NCBI GenBank assembly: GCA_019058295.1 | Contig: JAHPZI010000007.1 | Location: forward strand, 32,001 to 96,000 | Length of the DNA stretch: 64,000 nt | DNA from: Promethearchaeota archaeon | GTDB taxonomy: Archaea > Asgardarchaeota > Lokiarchaeia > Sigyniarchaeales > SOKP01 | Direction: 5' to 3' | Part shown: positions 60,423 to 64,000 of the stretch, piece after piece | Numbering within the stretch: the first letter of the stretch is position 1 | Layout: each line of letters starts with the position of its first letter | Notes under the pieces: model-generated | What the model was told of the DNA's origin: nothing | The model's input: the letters and a program-made list of their open reading frames with translations, nothing else | Database searches by the model: none | Translations under genes and position numbers: made by a program

Positions 60423-60857
60423 TTAAATAGTATCCAAAAAGGCAATAAATACATTTTGAGATGCTTCTGGAAGATCAGAAATTGCCTTCTGTACTTTTTC
60501 CTTAAATTCTTCAACTGTTTTGGCATCCCTTAGAATGTAGTTATCAACATCTTGAAATATTTTAACAATCTTTCCATATGCGCCTATTAATTGGTCAAGA
60601 TTTTTACTTATTGCAATCTTCCACTCTTGATCGGGCATATCTTTATCTTTCTTATCCTTGTCTTCCTTATCCTTGTCCTTCTTATCTTTATCTTTTTTAT
60701 CTTTGTCCTTCTTATCTTTATCCTTCTTATCCTTATCTTTTTTATCCTTGTCTTCCTTATCCTTGTCCTTTTTATCTTTATCTTTCTTATCTTTGTCTTT
60801 CTTATCTTTATCTTTCTTATCCTTATCTTTCTTATCTTTTTCTTTTTCTTTTCCCAT
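60423..60857 (-). CDS. Small protein with KDKKD charge-repeat N-terminus and helical C-terminal domain
   Basis: 13 pentapeptide repeats, then 71 aa of ordinary helical sequence; synonymous variation between repeats. Confidence 0.75.
   Translation of the reverse strand: MGKEKEKDKKDKDKKDKDKKDKDKKDKDKKDKDKEDKDKKDKDKKDKDKKDKDKKDKDKKDKDKEDKDKKDKDMPDQEWKIAISKNLDQLIGAYGKIVKIFQDVDNYILRDAKTVEEFKEKVQKAISDLPEASQNVFIAFLDTI
60639..60839 (-). repeat. 15-nt coding tandem repeat (about 13.4 units)
   Basis: Units such as AAGGATAAGAAAGAT and AAAGATAAGAAGGAC on the minus strand; the KDKED variant recurs after 6 units. Confidence 0.92.
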
Positions 60858-61101
60858 TTTCTTTTCCCATAAGAATTTTTTAGAAATTGTGTTAATTCAA
60901 ATAATAGAAAAAGAGATATTTAATATTTTAGATTCTTGGATTAATTTTAATCCAATTTTTGATTTTATATCTTTCAAATATAACTTATTATTCTTTTGTC
61001 AAAATTTTATATTTTATTATAGAAATCTTTTTTAATAGTTTTAATTTTTCTAATGCAAATTATTAAATGTACAAAATACCGTATAAGATAGGTTAGGGAT
61101 A

Positions 61102-61392
61102 TTGATTTTAGATGATTTAATAGGATTCTTAAAGAAAAAAGGATTTCGAGATACATTCCAAGTGCTTACGCAGTTTAAGAATAATAAAACAGACAAACAC
61201 ACGTTTTATAATGAATTGAATAAATTTAGTTATTACAATTCATATTTTCGAGTTAAGGAAGATTTAATTAAAAAAGGATTACTCTCAATTAAAAAAATTA
61301 ATAAAAAAAAGTATATACAGCTCACAAAAAAGGGATTGGAAGTATATAATAAATTAATTGAGATAAATGAATTAATTGGGAATCATTCATAA
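61102..61392 (+). CDS. Small winged-helix protein
   Basis: DLIKKGLL...YIQLTKKGLEVY wHTH C-terminal signature. Confidence 0.75.
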   Translation: MILDDLIGFLKKKGFRDTFQVLTQFKNNKTDKHTFYNELNKFSYYNSYFRVKEDLIKKGLLSIKKINKKKYIQLTKKGLEVYNKLIEINELIGNHS

Positions 61393-61456
61393 AGATAATT
61401 GAAAAATCTTTTACTTAATTAAAAATATTTAGCTGTACTTGTTTAGTTTTTTTATT

Positions 61457-62092
61457 ATGATTCTATTAAAGCTTATTGTGGGGGCGCTTGCAACTAATTG
61501 CTATATCTTTGGTTCAGATACGACAAAAGAAGTTGTTATTATTGATCCCGGGGCAGAAGGTAATACTATTATTAAAGCAGTAGAAGACCTTGGAGTAAAA
61601 CCAATTGCAGTTCTTTTAACTCATTGTCACTTCGACCATACTATGAAAGTCGGACAGATTATTAGACATTTTAAAATTCCATTAATGTATAATAGAAAAG
61701 AATTAGATTCAGGCGGATTCGCTAACTTTAAAAAAGCTGATAAATGGTTATCTGAAGGTGATTCTATCAAAATAGGTGAATTTGACCTCCATATTTTGGA
61801 TACGCCAGGCCATAGTTTAGGGGGTTTAAGCTTTTATTCTAAAGATGTTAGAGAATTCAATGGAAAAAAAATTGATGGAATTATATTTACAGGAGATTTA
61901 ATATTCCGCAGAAGCATAGGGAGGTCCGATATAGGTGGTGGTGATCAAAATCAATTATTTTTTAGTATAAAAAATAAAATTATGTATAATCCTGAATTAT
62001 CAGATAATTTTATTATATTTCCCGGTCATATGGGCAGTACTTCAATTGGAGAGGAACGTAAATTAAATTTATTTAAAAAGTTTTTCTTATAA
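61457..62092 (+). CDS. Metallo-beta-lactamase fold hydrolase (glyoxalase II-like)
   Basis: TNCY, IDPG, THCHFDH, TPGHS, FTGD, PGH. Confidence 0.92.
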   Translation: MILLKLIVGALATNCYIFGSDTTKEVVIIDPGAEGNTIIKAVEDLGVKPIAVLLTHCHFDHTMKVGQIIRHFKIPLMYNRKELDSGGFANFKKADKWLSEGDSIKIGEFDLHILDTPGHSLGGLSFYSKDVREFNGKKIDGIIFTGDLIFRRSIGRSDIGGGDQNQLFFSIKNKIMYNPELSDNFIIFPGHMGSTSIGEERKLNLFKKFFL

Positions 62093-62104
62093 TGAAACTG
62101 TGAA

Positions 62105-62542
62105 TTATTTTACAATTTTAATTTTATCTAAAAAATATTCTACTTTATTTCCTTTTCCAAGCTGCTCACTTATTGTTTCAATAAAAGATTCCATTTTTTT
62201 TTTCTTTATAATTTCCTCAGAAGAGAAACTCCCCGTAAATCTCTCTAAGAACACATTCATTAGATTTGTTAAAACGTGTTTAATTTTTTTAGGTTTAGTG
62301 TCTTTTTTACATTTAATCGCAAAACCGATTTTTGTTAATTTATCCCTTGTGTGAAAGAATTTAATATTCCCAAATTCTAATACGTTTACTTCTTCTTCTC
62401 CAATATTTAAAGCAATTGTTTCCACTACAGATAAAAAGTCGCCTAAATAATCGGAATCAAATGTGGAGCCCTCTAAATTTTCTAGAGAGAATATTAATCC
62501 CCCATCACCGCTAAATATATAAGCGCCGTCAATCTCTTTCAT
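62105..62542 (-). CDS. Longin-domain-like protein
   Basis: IDGAYIFSGDGGLIFS...YLGDFLSVVE...IGFAIKC...LMNVFLERF pattern. Confidence 0.65.
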   Translation of the reverse strand: MKEIDGAYIFSGDGGLIFSLENLEGSTFDSDYLGDFLSVVETIALNIGEEEVNVLEFGNIKFFHTRDKLTKIGFAIKCKKDTKPKKIKHVLTNLMNVFLERFTGSFSSEEIIKKKKMESFIETISEQLGKGNKVEYFLDKIKIVK

Positions 62543-62634
62543 AAACTAAAATCTTTTTTAAAAAAATGTGATGTCTAAAATATATTTTGAATCATTACCT
62601 ATAAATATTTATTCAGATTGATTAATAATGATTC

Positions 62635-63582
62635 TCACATCGTCAACGGACTTAAAAATAAATTCTGACCACTATTTTCTGAAAAATCTTCTTGCTTCCA
62701 TAGTTCGATTTTCTTATGGTTTATTAGGTGTAAAATACAAAGTAAAGCTTCAACAAGTGCCTTTGCTGTGGGTTGGCGGACTAATTTTAAAAATTGTATT
62801 GGTTCCTCTTTATCTTTATATTGCTTTTTTAGAGTTTCATAAAATTTATTTATTCGATTCTCAAAATTCGCCCTTTTCTTTTCAGCATTAGCAATAAAGT
62901 TCTCAGGTAATAAAGGCAATTTTGATTTATCTAGAATATGATCTCTATTTTTTTTAGCTCTACTTGTTGTATCTTTCCTTGTAAATACATTATTTAAAGC
63001 ATCAGCAAGATCTTTTAATTCCACTTTTTTATAGATTAATTTTGGTGGATTATTTAATTTTTCAATTCTATTTTTTATTTCCTCATTTAAATCAGAGACA
63101 TCTAATTTCAAAACTCTTTTAATTTTTTCTTCCTTTAATAACTCCTTTTCTTTTTCAGATAATAAATTCTTGGATTCTAATTCAGCAAAGGCTTCAAATA
63201 ATTCGCCTTCCTCATCATAATCTTCAGAAAGAATAAGGTTATCTTCTTCATTCATTTCATTAGCTTGAGTTTCCATAATGTCTTCTTGAGTTTCTAATGA
63301 GGCATTGATAATGGTGCTCGTTTTAGTCTTAAGAACATAAGTAGATGAATTGAGTATTTTCCCGCTTACTTTAAATTTTATATTTTGTTTAAAATCATTA
63401 ATATCATCTATAAATCCGCGTAGCATAGATTTGAGCTCATAACCCCATAAATTACGCTTAACACTTTTAGTTAAGGCCTGATGGTTTAAAAGTGTACTAT
63501 AGTTATTAGATTGTAAATAAGTATCCTGAGAAATTCGATTTTCTAAATTTTTACTTGAATTAGCAGAGTTGAATTGTATCAT
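62635..63582 (-). CDS. ScpA/kleisin-like protein (tentative)
   Basis: NLWGYEL..FKVSGKILNSSTYVLKTK N-terminal and LLCILHLINHKKIELWKQ C-terminal kleisin-like motifs. Confidence 0.6.
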   Translation of the reverse strand: MIQFNSANSSKNLENRISQDTYLQSNNYSTLLNHQALTKSVKRNLWGYELKSMLRGFIDDINDFKQNIKFKVSGKILNSSTYVLKTKTSTIINASLETQEDIMETQANEMNEEDNLILSEDYDEEGELFEAFAELESKNLLSEKEKELLKEEKIKRVLKLDVSDLNEEIKNRIEKLNNPPKLIYKKVELKDLADALNNVFTRKDTTSRAKKNRDHILDKSKLPLLPENFIANAEKKRANFENRINKFYETLKKQYKDKEEPIQFLKLVRQPTAKALVEALLCILHLINHKKIELWKQEDFSENSGQNLFLSPLTM

Positions 63583-63847
63583 ATATAAAACTCTTTTAGC
63601 TTAATTTATAAGAATACAATATGTAAATATAGAATGAATATTTATTGAAGAGAATTTCAATTATCGTAATATCCACGTAATATTGAACAGAATTTCGACT
63701 TTCAAAATTATTTAAATAACGGAAAATTAATAAATAAAAATCTTAAATTGAAAAAATAATTAATAAACATTTTTTTAAATACTAAATCTATTATATTATA
63801 TAATAAATCAAGACATTTTTTTTTCAGAATAATAAAGTGAAATTAGT

Positions 63848-64000
63848 ATGATTGATACGAACGAAGTAAAAGCCATCATCAGAAGGTTTGAGGAAAAGGA
63901 GGGTGTTAGAGGGGTGATTATCTGCGACTCAAGTGGGTTACCAATAAAGGCTAATCTGCCGACTGAACAAACAGAGGAAGTTAGTGCGTATATAACATCC
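63848..64000 (+). CDS. Roadblock/LC7-domain protein (partial, runs off the window)
   Basis: MIDTNEVKAIIRRFEEKEGVRGVIICDSSGLPIKANLPTEQTEEVSAYITS. Confidence 0.85.
   Translation, partial: MIDTNEVKAIIRRFEEKEGVRGVIICDSSGLPIKANLPTEQTEEVSAYITS

Noticed and set aside
60359-60526. Long N-terminal extension of the amidohydrolase ORF in the track
   Set aside because: It overlaps the upstream gene and a T-rich spacer; family similarity starts only near LNLEKYF.
60578-61035. Plus-strand ORFs with SLSFL, LIFIF or YLYP repeats
   Set aside because: Antisense shadows of the KDKKD repeat gene.

Overview
AT-rich archaeal chromosomal segment, most likely an Asgard archaeon (Lokiarchaeia-like). This is inferred from a Rab-like small GTPase, longin and roadblock proteins, uDENN-like paralogs, multi-selenocysteine redox genes and a giant beta-helix surface protein. 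Bases 1-17216 hold a large Hdr/Frh/Mvh electron-bifurcation cluster. The ORF track breaks its first two genes: hdrA (4041-6020) has five in-frame UGA codons and an unannotated mvhD (6043-6483) has two. All seven align to Cys in paralogs within this window, so I read them as selenocysteine. A SECIS-like hairpin overlaps the mvhD stop. The most unexpected observation is a 30-nt insertion with two stop codons (22449-22478) in an HMG-CoA-synthase-like/DUF35 gene. It has bulge-helix-bulge geometry, and canonical cleavage would restore the protein exactly, so it is a candidate endonuclease-spliced mRNA intron. Other notable items are a 2016-aa receptor-like beta-helix/TM/nitrilase protein, NATC-N6-GATC arrays upstream of two hdrA genes, possible AUU starts, a divergent fwd cluster, an orphan glycyl-radical enzyme and a KDKKD repeat protein. 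The rest is acyl-CoA metabolism and housekeeping. I saw no tRNA, rRNA, CRISPR array or transposase. All calls come from manual motif reading; no searches or folding programs were run.
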